NCBI RefSeq assembly: GCF_963975415.1
Contig: NZ_CAXBGN010000011.1
Span: 67,410 to 131,409, forward strand
DNA from: an uncultured Kriegella sp.
GTDB lineage: Bacteria > Bacteroidota > Bacteroidia > Flavobacteriales > Flavobacteriaceae
Direction: 5' to 3'
Length of the DNA stretch: 64,000 bases
Shown: in pieces, positions 40,601 through 48,543 of the stretch
Numbering within the stretch: position 1 is the first letter of the stretch
Layout: each line of letters starts with the position of its first letter
Made by a program: the position numbers and the translations under genes
Notes under the pieces: generated by a model
Databases searched by the model: none
What the model was told of the DNA's origin: nothing
The model's input: only the letters and a program-made list of their open reading frames with translations

Positions 40601-42003
40601 TACGAGCGGTTTTATTAACAGCGTCGGCAGCCGCTTTGGGCTTCTTGCCCATGGCGATATCGACCAATGCAGGAGCAGAGGTACAGCGGCCACTTGCGAC
40701 GGTTGTCATTGGTGGCCTTTTTACGGCTACCATACTTACGCTCGTTGTGCTTCCGGTTCTCTATGCTTTATATAATAAAATGGAAAAAAAGAACAAGAAA
40801 TCATCATCCATAAATATTGCTACGATGATAACTGTGGCTACGTTCTTGTTCGGAATGGGCGCACAAGCCCAGGGATCACCAAAAGAATTACAAGAATTGA
40901 TTCCTATGGCCATTGAAAATAATGCGGCGTTAAATGCGGATCAATTGGAAACATTCCGTACCAACGCGCTAATAAATAGTGCCTTCAGTTTTAACAAAAC
41001 GCATCTTTATTATGAATATGACGAGAACAACCTTGCCATCAATGAGGTGCCATTAGATGTCATTGGCATACAGCAAGATTTCTTGTTTCCTACAGTTTAC
41101 TTTGCTGAAAAACGAGTAAATAAGAATACTTACAAACTGGCAACGAATAGTTTCGAAATTCAGAAAAAAGCCCTAGAACGTGCTGTGACGGCTACTTATT
41201 ATGAGTTTCAATACGCAAAGAAAAAAGAAAACATCTACAGGCAATTAGATAGTTTGTATGCCGAATTTTCAAGTAAAGCCGCGCGAAAATTTGAATTAGG
41301 AGCCACCACCTATCTGGAGAAAATTACAGCCCAATCGAAAAGACGACAAATTTCTGTGCAGTTTGAAAAGGCACAAATAGACGTAGAAATCGCCTATAAG
41401 GCGTTAATGAAATACGTTCAGGTAGAAGAACCTTTGGAAATTGCCGTTGAGCCGGCCACTAAAGCACCTCTTAGAGCGATAGCGCTGTCGGACAGTCCCG
41501 AGTTGGATTTTTACAATAACAGAATTTCGTTGGCCAGGGCCACAAGCGCTTTTGAAAAGCAAAAATTACTCCCCGATATTTCATTCAATTATTTTCAAGG
41601 AACCAATTCGCAGCTCAACAACAATCTCTACGGTTATCAATTAGGGCTTAAAATACCCCTGTTTTTTAGCGGACAATCATCACGTATTAAGGCTGCAAAA
41701 ATTGCATCCGACATTGCAACTAAAGAATCGGAGGAATATAACATTCAATTGAATGCCCGATTACAAGAACTGCTTGATGAGTTGGGCAAATATGAAAAAG
41801 CACTTATTTTTTATAAAGAAGAAGGTACAATGCTTTCTACGGAAATTCTTAAGACTGCAAACGGAAGTTTTAAAAATGGAGAAATAGATTTTTATCAATA
41901 TATCCTAAGCCTGGAAAATGCGTATCAAGTGCAGCTAGACTACCTAGAGAATCTCAACCGATACAACCAGGCAGTCATCAAAATCAATTATATCACTCTT
42001 TAA
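37660..42003 (+). CDS. CusA/CzcA-family heavy-metal RND transporter fused in frame to a TolC/CzcC-like outer-membrane factor
   Basis: 1447 aa. Residues 1-1040 form a complete 12-TM RND pump. Residue 1041 is a Met that begins a signal-peptide-like stretch (MEKKNKKSSSINIATMITVATFLFGMGAQAQ). About 400 aa of TolC-like helical/beta repeats follow. Confidence 0.85.
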   Translation: MLSRIIDFSIKNKFVVLLFTVFIFGFGVYSLSQIPIGAVPDITNNQVQVITTSRNLSTQDMEQFITYPVELEMANLPGVKEIRSVSKFGLSVVTIVFDENLGTYLPRQLIAEKIKSASEKIPEGFGTPEMGPISTGLGEIYQYTLDVEPAFKDRYSTEDLRTIQDWIVKRQLSGIPGVVEVNTWGGLLKQYEVAIKTEKLNAMNITAHDIFTALEMNNSVSGGGYIEKVNQAYFIRGEGLVTSLEDIENIVVKNVNGTPIYVKNVAEVGFGSALRFGAITGNAEGEKVLGQVMMLKDANSKKVIDAVKERVASISKSLPQGVYINAFLDRSDLIGKTTFTVTENLVLGCLIVIFVVVLLLGNFRSGLVVASVIPLSLLFALSLMYIFGVDANLMSLGAIDFGIIIDGAVIIVEFIAFQITQRKSEIDASSQQSNTEKQALKDEITFNGASKMMNSAIFGQLIILIVFIPILSLSGVEGKMFKPMALTFSFALIGAMVFCFTYVPVAASLFLKPSKNSNKNISVRLMAWINRRYDPIIDWALRSKSIVLATALLLLSISIYIFTTMGSEFVPTLDEGDFVIQPVLKTGTSLSSTIEKTTQIEKILIDNFPEVNQVVTRIGAAEVPTDPMSMEESDVIITLRPKKEWVSADSKDELANKFKEALSVVPGMEVEFTQPIEMRFNELITGVRADIAIKIFGEDLGILSEKGNEIKSLISNVAGAADISVEKVVGLPQMNVTYNRAKIARYGLNIHDINNLVSMGFAGKTAGSVFEGEKRFDLVMRLEKKNRQDIDNLKNLYVDLPAGGKIPLSELAEITYKKGAAKISRDDTKRRIVVGVNVRDRDLQSVVDDVQRLIEENINLPIGYSITYGGQFENLQSARARLLIAVPIALLLIFVLLYFAFKSVKEALLIYSAIPLAAVGGILLLWIRGLPFSISAGVGFIALFGIAVLNGIVLIEHFKELKKQPFTTIDALIKQGTQDRLRAVLLTASAAALGFLPMAISTNAGAEVQRPLATVVIGGLFTATILTLVVLPVLYALYNKMEKKNKKSSSINIATMITVATFLFGMGAQAQGSPKELQELIPMAIENNAALNADQLETFRTNALINSAFSFNKTHLYYEYDENNLAINEVPLDVIGIQQDFLFPTVYFAEKRVNKNTYKLATNSFEIQKKALERAVTATYYEFQYAKKKENIYRQLDSLYAEFSSKAARKFELGATTYLEKITAQSKRRQISVQFEKAQIDVEIAYKALMKYVQVEEPLEIAVEPATKAPLRAIALSDSPELDFYNNRISLARATSAFEKQKLLPDISFNYFQGTNSQLNNNLYGYQLGLKIPLFFSGQSSRIKAAKIASDIATKESEEYNIQLNARLQELLDELGKYEKALIFYKEEGTMLSTEILKTANGSFKNGEIDFYQYILSLENAYQVQLDYLENLNRYNQAVIKINYITL

Positions 42004-42013
42004 TTAAGCACTT

Positions 42014-43147
42014 ATGAAAAATTCTATATATCGAACATTCATTTTAATCACATCTCTTATTACCCTCAGTTGTGGTGACAATACCAAGGAAACCACAGAT
42101 AAAGAAGCCATCGGCGATGACCGTATCAAGTTAACCAAGGCCCAATTCGAACAAAATAATATGGCATTAGGCACCTTATCTGAAAAAGAATTTCCCGTAA
42201 TCGTAAAAGCGACCGGAATGATAGATGTTCCACCGGAAAACCGTTCGGTAGTTAGTGCTACTATGGGAGGTTATATTAAGACCCTGCCCCTACTTATCGG
42301 TGATGTCGTCAAAAAAGGCCAAGCAATACTCACTATTGAGAATCCTGAATTTGTAACCTTACAACAAGAGTACATGGAGATTAGGCAGCAATTGGACTAT
42401 TTAAAATCGGAATACGACCGCCAGAAAATAATGTTCGATGAAAACATCACTTCGCAAAAGAGCTATTTAAAAGCCGAGAGCGAGTACAAAACTGCACAGG
42501 CAAAGGCTACTGGTTTTCATAAACAATTGAAAATGCTCAATTTTTCCCCTGCTGCCGTCGAAGCTGGAAATATCGCTTCCGTAACCACAATATACGCACC
42601 CATTTCGGGAAGTGTGACCAAAGTGAACGTGACCAAGGGTAGCTATGTAGCACCAGCAACGGCCATTCTTGAAATTATCGACAACAGCCACATTCATTTA
42701 GAACTATCCGTTTTCGAAAAAGATATTATGAAAGTTAAAAAAGATCAGAATATCACTTTTAAAATTCCCGAAGCATCACCAGATTCATTTGAGGCTGAAG
42801 TACATTTGGTGGGCACAGTTATCGGGGAAGGTCGCACTATAAAGGTGCACGGGCATCTAATGGAAGAAGAAAAAAACCACTTTTTAACAGGAATGTTCGT
42901 CGAAGCCGACATTATTACGGCCACCGCCCATGCCAAGGCCTTGCCTGACCAATCAGTAGTGAACATAGGAGACAAAAATTTTATACTCGTACTAGATAGT
43001 GAAGCCGATGGCAATTACTACTTCAATCAGATGGAAGTAGACGTGAAGGATAACTATAAAGGCTATACGTTGATTCAAAATGAACAGAATTATCGGCCCA
43101 CGGTTAAATTTTTGACCAAGGGAGCCTTTAATCTATTAGGAGAATAA
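42014..43147 (+). CDS. RND efflux periplasmic adaptor (membrane fusion protein, CzcB-like), lipoprotein
   Basis: 377 aa with lipobox (LITLSC), a lipoyl/hairpin/beta-barrel MFP pattern, and a position directly after the pump gene. Confidence 0.85.
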   Translation: MKNSIYRTFILITSLITLSCGDNTKETTDKEAIGDDRIKLTKAQFEQNNMALGTLSEKEFPVIVKATGMIDVPPENRSVVSATMGGYIKTLPLLIGDVVKKGQAILTIENPEFVTLQQEYMEIRQQLDYLKSEYDRQKIMFDENITSQKSYLKAESEYKTAQAKATGFHKQLKMLNFSPAAVEAGNIASVTTIYAPISGSVTKVNVTKGSYVAPATAILEIIDNSHIHLELSVFEKDIMKVKKDQNITFKIPEASPDSFEAEVHLVGTVIGEGRTIKVHGHLMEEEKNHFLTGMFVEADIITATAHAKALPDQSVVNIGDKNFILVLDSEADGNYYFNQMEVDVKDNYKGYTLIQNEQNYRPTVKFLTKGAFNLLGE

Positions 43148-43309
43148 TTGTCATACCTGAAATTTATATTAATCAAAATAGGGAGTTGTTCACGAAATAG
43201 ACAGTTTCTAAATATTTTTATGAAGCCTTTAGCAGTTATGATTAATATTTCCCCAGAATATTGATTTTGCTATAATCGCTTTTATTCAACATATCTAAAA
43301 AAATTTGTC

Positions 43310-43897
43310 ATGATTATTACAAGAGCTAAGGAATATTGTATAAAAATATTATCGAGTTCTAATTGTAAGAAATTACCCTTTCATAACCTCTCGCATACGC
43401 AAGAAGTAGTCGAACATGCGGCATTAATCGCTAAAGAAACCAGTATTGATTCTGAAGAAACGGAACCCATAATTATTGCAGCTTGGTTTCATGATACGGG
43501 GCATTCCAAGACTTATTTCGGACACGAAGAAGTAAGTAAAGAACTAGCGAACGAATATCTCACATCGGTGGGATACGACACCAAAAAAATTAAAATTGTA
43601 CTTTCTTGCATCGATGCGACCAAAATGCCACAACACCCGTCGAACTTGCATGCCAAGGTATTATGTGATGCCGATCTATTCCATATTGGAACAGAACTTT
43701 TCTTCTGTAAAAAACTATTGTTGCGACGTGAATGGGAACTCGAAAAAATAAAGACTTACAGCGATAAAGAATGGCATAAAATAAATCTCGCATTCTTAGA
43801 AAAACATAAATTTAAGACAGATTATGGCCAAACTGTTCTAGAAGACATGAAACTAAAAAATTTAGAAAAGGTTAAAACCATACTTAGTTTTTACTGA
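43310..43897 (+). CDS. HD-domain phosphohydrolase-family protein
   Basis: 195 aa with H...HD pattern (NLSHTQEV, AAWFHDTGH, CDADLFH). Confidence 0.7.
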   Translation: MIITRAKEYCIKILSSSNCKKLPFHNLSHTQEVVEHAALIAKETSIDSEETEPIIIAAWFHDTGHSKTYFGHEEVSKELANEYLTSVGYDTKKIKIVLSCIDATKMPQHPSNLHAKVLCDADLFHIGTELFFCKKLLLRREWELEKIKTYSDKEWHKINLAFLEKHKFKTDYGQTVLEDMKLKNLEKVKTILSFY

Positions 43898-43990
43898 GCC
43901 TATTTAACATTTTAAGACGGAAGTAAAAATCAGCAGTGCTGTACTACCAAAAGAAACAACATAGGCAATAAAAATTAAAGTCCTTAAAAC

Positions 43991-44033
43991 TGACAAATAT
44001 CATGGGTTTACTATCGCAGCAGGAGTAATTTTG
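43991..44033 (+). promoter_or_regulatory. TGAY-N4-RTCA box plus -7 element, promoter of the usp-DUF302-usp operon
   Basis: TGACAAATATCA at 43991-44002 (centre 43996.5). Perfect TAATTTTG at 44026-44033, offset 29.5 nt. Confidence 0.7.
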
Positions 44034-44044
44034 ACTTTAATCAA
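44031..44044. promoter_or_regulatory. FNR-consensus-like palindrome TTGACTTTAATCAA overlapping the -7 box
   Basis: TTGAC-N4-ATCAA. No -7 element lies 29.5 nt downstream of it. It overlaps the TAATTTTG box of the same promoter. Confidence 0.4.
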
Positions 44045-44115
44045 TTGTCGTCGGCCTAAGATTCATGTAAAAACAGACGGTCAACTTCACGAAAATCACC
44101 AATAAACAAAATATC

Positions 44116-44928
44116 ATGAGAATAGTGATCACCACCGATTTTTCGCTCAACGCCCAGAAAGCCATAGACTATGCACTTTGGCTTTTTCGAGGAAGGGCAA
44201 CCAAGTTTTATATTCTTCACGCCTACCAAAATATACCTTCCTCACCTGAAAATAAAACAACCACCTACGAGAAATTAAAGGATTTGGTTAAAAGTTTAAA
44301 AGAAAAAAGTCAAAACCCCCAACACAGTTTTAAATCGGTATTGATAAGTGGATCTATTTTGTATGCCATTTCGGAAGCTGTCAAAGAAAAGCAGGCCGAT
44401 TTTGTTTTTATTGGTACCCAAGGTTCCTCTGCTTTAAAGGAAATATACATGGGAAGCAATGCGGTCAACGTCATCAAGAATATAGATTCATGCCCTGTAG
44501 TAGCCGTTCCCACAACATATGAAGTGAATGCAAATAGCAACGAAATTCTCTTTCCGAACGACCTTAACCATGCCTTTAGCCCAGAAGAACTGAAGCCCCT
44601 AATAAATATGGTAAAATTAAGTGATAGCACGCTGGCTGTCGTGTATTTCAGTGTGGGAAAAAAGTTTTCTGTCGAAGACAAACTGCGGAACAAAGAGTTA
44701 CTTGGGGACCATTTCAAAGAGATTAAATCAAATTTTATATATCTTAATATAGAAGATTCCATTTCGTCAGCTATAGTTAAAATGGAACAGGAGAATCAAA
44801 AAATACAGATGGTCGCCATGTTCCCCAATCCGCATGGCTTCCTTGAAAAATTAATGCGAGAACCTGTCATCCGAAATGTGGTCTTTAAAACGGAAGTCCC
44901 TTTTTTGGTTCTTCCAAAACTCAAATAA
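44116..44928 (+). CDS. Universal stress protein, tandem Usp domains
   Basis: 270 aa. Usp pattern: MRIVITTDFS start, ATP-type motif GTQGSSALKEIYMGS, VPFLVLP terminus. Confidence 0.85.
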   Translation: MRIVITTDFSLNAQKAIDYALWLFRGRATKFYILHAYQNIPSSPENKTTTYEKLKDLVKSLKEKSQNPQHSFKSVLISGSILYAISEAVKEKQADFVFIGTQGSSALKEIYMGSNAVNVIKNIDSCPVVAVPTTYEVNANSNEILFPNDLNHAFSPEELKPLINMVKLSDSTLAVVYFSVGKKFSVEDKLRNKELLGDHFKEIKSNFIYLNIEDSISSAIVKMEQENQKIQMVAMFPNPHGFLEKLMREPVIRNVVFKTEVPFLVLPKLK

Positions 44929-44945
44929 ACTAAAACTCAAGTATC

Positions 44946-45335
44946 ATGGACTATTATTTCAAAAAAGAGCTTCATAACATTGGTTTTGAGCAAGCTATTG
45001 CAAAAACAACGGAAGCTCTAAAAAAAGAAGGCTTCGGCGTATTGACCGAAATAGACATCAAAGCCACTTTAAAGAAAAAATTGGACGTTGATTTCCGCAA
45101 TTACAAAATTCTGGGTGCCTGTAATCCAGCATTTGCCTACAAGGCGCTCTTGGCCGAAGATACTATCGGCACCATGCTTCCCTGCAATGTCATCTTACAA
45201 GAAAAGAACACAGGTTCCATTGAAATTTCGGCAGTCGACCCAGCAGCTTCGATGCAGGCGGTAGCGAATGACAGTCTCAATGTTATTGCCGGCGAAGTAA
45301 GAGATAAGTTAAAAAGAATGATCGAGGGCCTTTGA
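44946..45335 (+). CDS. DUF302-domain protein
   Basis: 129 aa with DUF302-like sequence (GFGVLTEIDIKATLKKKLDVDFRNYKILGACNP). Confidence 0.7.
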   Translation: MDYYFKKELHNIGFEQAIAKTTEALKKEGFGVLTEIDIKATLKKKLDVDFRNYKILGACNPAFAYKALLAEDTIGTMLPCNVILQEKNTGSIEISAVDPAASMQAVANDSLNVIAGEVRDKLKRMIEGL

Positions 45336-45368
45336 GCGAAGCCGAAAGGGAAGAAATAAATCCTATAC

Positions 45369-46205
45369 ATGAAAAAAATACTCGTTCCCGTCGATTTTTC
45401 GGAGTATGCCGAGATGGCGTTAGAAGTCGCCGCTACCTTGGCAAAAAAATACAATGCCGAAATTGCGGTGCTACATATGCTTGGCCTGTCTGAAACAGCG
45501 GTTGCAAAAAATGAAGCTCAAGATTTTTTGGAAATGGAGTATTACATGAAGCTAGCAAAAAAGCGTTTCAATATGTTTTTGAACCGTCCTTGGTTAAAAG
45601 ACATCAAAATAACCCAAACGGTGCAGAACCATAAGGTTTTCAGAGAAATCAACAATGTAGCAAAAGAGCAGAATATTGATTTGATTGTGATGGGCTCACA
45701 TGGTTCTGAAGGTCTTGGTGAAATTTTCGTAGGATCACATACCGAAAAAGTAGTGCAATCTTCGGAAGTACCCGTTCTCGTCATCAAGAAAAGAACCAAG
45801 CATTTTAAAATCGACAAAATTGTTTTTGGCTTTGATTTTCGAATAGAGTATATAACTGCTTACCAAAATGCATTAAAGCTATTCAGTGCATTGGAACTTG
45901 ATGTACACATGGTTTATGTAAATCAACCGGGCATCAATTTTACCAGTACTTCCCAAACTAAGGCCCAAATCGATAGTTTTCTTAGAATTGCCCATCATGG
46001 CGACTTACCCGAAAACTTACAAATCGTTCAAATCTCCGATTATTCGGTAGAAAAGGGCATTTACGCCTACGCCGAAGAAGTCAAAGCCGACACCATAGCA
46101 ATTGCTACCCATGGTCGTAGCGGCTTGGCCCAATTCTTAAAAGGCAGTGTCGGGATGGATGTTGCCAATCATTCAAGTTTACCGGTACTCACATTTAAAA
46201 TATAA
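45369..46205 (+). CDS. Universal stress protein, tandem Usp domains
   Basis: 278 aa with MKKILVPVDFS, GSHGSEGLGEIFVGSHTEKV, VPVLVIK and a second domain with ATHGRSGLAQFLKGS. Confidence 0.9.
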   Translation: MKKILVPVDFSEYAEMALEVAATLAKKYNAEIAVLHMLGLSETAVAKNEAQDFLEMEYYMKLAKKRFNMFLNRPWLKDIKITQTVQNHKVFREINNVAKEQNIDLIVMGSHGSEGLGEIFVGSHTEKVVQSSEVPVLVIKKRTKHFKIDKIVFGFDFRIEYITAYQNALKLFSALELDVHMVYVNQPGINFTSTSQTKAQIDSFLRIAHHGDLPENLQIVQISDYSVEKGIYAYAEEVKADTIAIATHGRSGLAQFLKGSVGMDVANHSSLPVLTFKI

Positions 46206-46210
46206 GCCAG

Positions 46211-46408
46211 CTATTCTTTTGATGATTTCCCACCAAAAGTATTGAAGAGCAATCCGCCCATTACCCCTCCATAAAGGGTACTATTCAATGGTTTAGAAGT
46301 TATGGCACAAGTACCACTCATACAACCTATTTCAACATAGTATAGATAACCTGCAATGGCACCGATTGCGGCACCAATAATTGTTATGATAATAATTTTT
46401 GATGTCAT
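46211..46408 (-). CDS. Small membrane protein with a C-x5-C motif
   Basis: 65 aa counted from MTSK. It has two Gly-rich hydrophobic helices flanking GCMSGTC. The track's longer 98-aa version adds a Cys-rich non-hydrophobic leader, which is uncertain. Confidence 0.5.
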   Translation of the reverse strand: MTSKIIIITIIGAAIGAIAGYLYYVEIGCMSGTCAITSKPLNSTLYGGVMGGLLFNTFGGKSSKE

Positions 46409-46673
46409 TCTTTTCTCTTTCCGCCCGATATCATCGCAACTACGATTCCCACAAGGGCTATACACACTACTACAAAAACTCCAATTATTATGGTTCCGCT
46501 TTCCCAAGAAACTAAGGGAACAATTAGTTTATTATACATTCTCAGAGGGTCTAAAGGTTATCATATTTTTTTTACATGCAAGGGTAAAATGATTTATTTT
46601 ACTGAATTTCTTTTTTGTTCAAATTAAACCACGCTTTATTTGCGCTATTGGATTCCCAAAATACAGGTAATTT

Positions 46674-47663
46674 TCACTCATCAAATTTAATGGCCCAAAT
46701 ACCGCGCACCTCATTACTATCGTAACCGACGGCCATATCTTCGGGATAACGCTCTTTCAACATGGCCAAAGTTTCAATCCCAATTTCCTTCTCAGGTTTT
46801 CCGTGACATTGCAGGCACATGGCGTTAGTGGTAATCGGAAAATAAAAATCAACCTCCCCGTTGGCTACGTTAATTATGGGTTTGACCTCATCTTCAGATG
46901 CTACGATACGCTTAAACAATTCAATGTATCCCAATTCTTCCGTATTGGCCCTATTTTTGGCATTTCGGGGCTTATCGGAAACTCTTTTGATAATGGCATT
47001 TTTCATGACCGAGATGCTATCTGTCAATTTAAGCGCTTCAACATTGCAAAATGATACCGCCCCTACCGTTCCCCTGGTCTGAATGGCTTTCATTAGGTTT
47101 TTGCCCAATGTAGTTTTGGCGGTCAAGACATATTCCATTCCTATATCGGTGTAGTCGGTTTGATCGCCGTCAAACAACATACACTCGCAATCGGCCAATC
47201 CTTTTCCTTTTCTATGCGCTTTCTGAAAATGAGCATCCCACCAATCCGGTTTTTCAAGATCATTATCAAAAATATAATCGGCCACCTGTTTTAAAGCTTC
47301 ATCCGGATAAGGTAAATAAGGCATGGCTCCAAACCTTTTATGAACTCCGGGCATTCTTGTTTTTGTTTCTGGATCGTTCACCCAGCGAATCAAGTCTTCA
47401 GTGAAAGCTTCCCTTGTAGTACTCGAGTCGATATAATGCTGCTTTATAGCCACCATAGGCGGCGCAATCATACTGGATCGGGAAGTTTTTGGGTTATGGC
47501 ATATTTAACATTCGTTTTCTAAAAATTTCTTTCCAGGGTGTGACTTCGCAATTTCTGTCAGATGATTATCGGAAACCTTCCGAACCGGCTTTTTTTCAGT
47601 TTGCTTACCATCGTTACAGCCGACAAATATTATTGCGAAAACGAAGTAGATTAGAAACTTCAT
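46674..47663 (-). pseudogene. Lipoprotein di-heme c-type cytochrome / DUF3365-like heme sensor protein, interrupted by an in-frame TAA
   Basis: The ATG at 47663 (ATGA overlap with the upstream stop) gives a lipoprotein signal MKFLIYFVFAIIFVGC. The frame stays continuous to 46674 except for a TAA at 47505-47507, read as ENEC-stop-ICHNPKTSRSSMIAPPM. A second intact motif, CLQCH, lies near the C-terminus. Confidence 0.7.
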
Positions 47664-47932
47664 GATTTCGACAATTTTAAGGCAACGCCCCTTGTAAACG
47701 AAAAAGTTTTCTTAGAGGTGGAGCTTCTATAATGTATGGAAGGATATCCTATTGCCTTAAGCACTTCTTTCACCACCAAGGCATCATTAAAATTCTCATA
47801 CACAAAGGAAACCCTGGCCAAATCAACATCAACGGTTATATTTGAAATTGTCGGAAGCTCTGATAATTTTGAGATAATGGCCTTTTTACAAGCGCTACCC
47901 TTTAAGTTTTGAACGATAATCGAAGTTTTCAT
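47660..47932 (-). CDS. HMA-like (ferredoxin-fold, heavy-metal-associated-type) small protein lacking the CxxC motif
   Basis: 90 aa with a beta-alpha-beta-beta-alpha-beta pattern typical of HMA domains. GSAC replaces GMxCxxC. Confidence 0.45.
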   Translation of the reverse strand: MKTSIIVQNLKGSACKKAIISKLSELPTISNITVDVDLARVSFVYENFNDALVVKEVLKAIGYPSIHYRSSTSKKTFSFTRGVALKLSKS

Positions 47933-47957
47933 TTTTGTAGTTTCTATGGTACCGATT

Positions 47958-48003
47958 TAAAATTATGAGCTTAATAAATATTATGCTGTAACAACAGTTA
48001 CAG
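47958..48003 (-). promoter_or_regulatory. Operator CTGTAACAACAGTTACAG plus -7-like box (promoter of the HMA-like/heme-c operon)
   Basis: A perfect 7+4+7 palindrome spans 47986-48003 (centre 47994.5). On the minus strand, TAATTTTA has its first T at 47965, offset 29.5 nt. Confidence 0.6.
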
Positions 48004-48034
48004 TACTTAAAAAACAAGGTGTTTTTTTATTGTT

Positions 48035-48439
48035 TTACATTTCAAGAAGTAGGCGGAGCTTTGTCAAAAGATTCAATTCCAATGTATTTGCACTCCGAAA
48101 TGATAATGCAATATCGCATGCGGTCTTCCAAGTCAATTGTTTGATTTTTAAATTGAACTGTTGGGAGTGCTCCTTGTAAAAGGCCGCAAATTCTTCAAAG
48201 TAGTGTTGGCTTTCTTTTTCTTCTTGCTGCAACCAATCAAAAACAATGGCTATCTGATACGCTGCATCAGTACCATATTCGTCTTCCGCCCCATCGACTG
48301 AAAGCCAAAACGTATGCACATTTTTATTCAATTCGGCTACTTCTATCGGCCTTACCACTTTGTCTGCTATGGCGATGGCATAAAACAACTTTCCCAAGCT
48401 TTGGTAAAGTTCATTTGTTATTTTTTCTTTTGATATCAT
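48035..48439 (-). CDS. TerB-like (tellurite-resistance TerB/DjlA N-terminal type) helical protein
   Basis: 134 aa with a TerB-like N-terminus (LGKLFYAIAIADKVVRPIEVAEL). Confidence 0.45.
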   Translation of the reverse strand: MISKEKITNELYQSLGKLFYAIAIADKVVRPIEVAELNKNVHTFWLSVDGAEDEYGTDAAYQIAIVFDWLQQEEKESQHYFEEFAAFYKEHSQQFNLKIKQLTWKTACDIALSFRSANTLELNLLTKLRLLLEM

Positions 48440-48543
48440 CTTGATTCTTTTGATAAAACATCAGTCTGAAATTTGTTTTGTATCTCTTACAGCAGAACAG
48501 CCCCGTACTTAAACTCCATAGTTTGATCAGCCATTTCCGTTTT

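Noticed and set aside
44310-44762. 150-aa antisense ORF inside the usp gene. Similar long antisense or alternative-frame ORFs lie at 13542-14009, 28871-29260, 30465-30833, 39495-39827, 40389-40733 and 52772-53134.
   Set aside because: All lie fully within well-supported genes on the opposite strand or in another frame. They have low-complexity or odd composition and no independent signals.
46409-46507. 33-codon N-terminal extension (MGKRNHNNWSFCSS...) of the small membrane protein.
   Set aside because: It is Cys-rich but not hydrophobic. The MTSK start gives a compact two-helix protein. It was kept only as an alternative.
47505-47507. Possibility that the in-frame stop in the CXXCH motif encodes selenocysteine or pyrrolysine.
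   Set aside because: The codon is TAA. Sec uses TGA and Pyl uses TAG. No SECIS-like or PYLIS-like context was evident.
48451-48463. TGATAAAACATCA upstream of the TerB-like gene.
   Set aside because: The half-sites are separated by 5 nt, not 4, and no phased -7 box was found.
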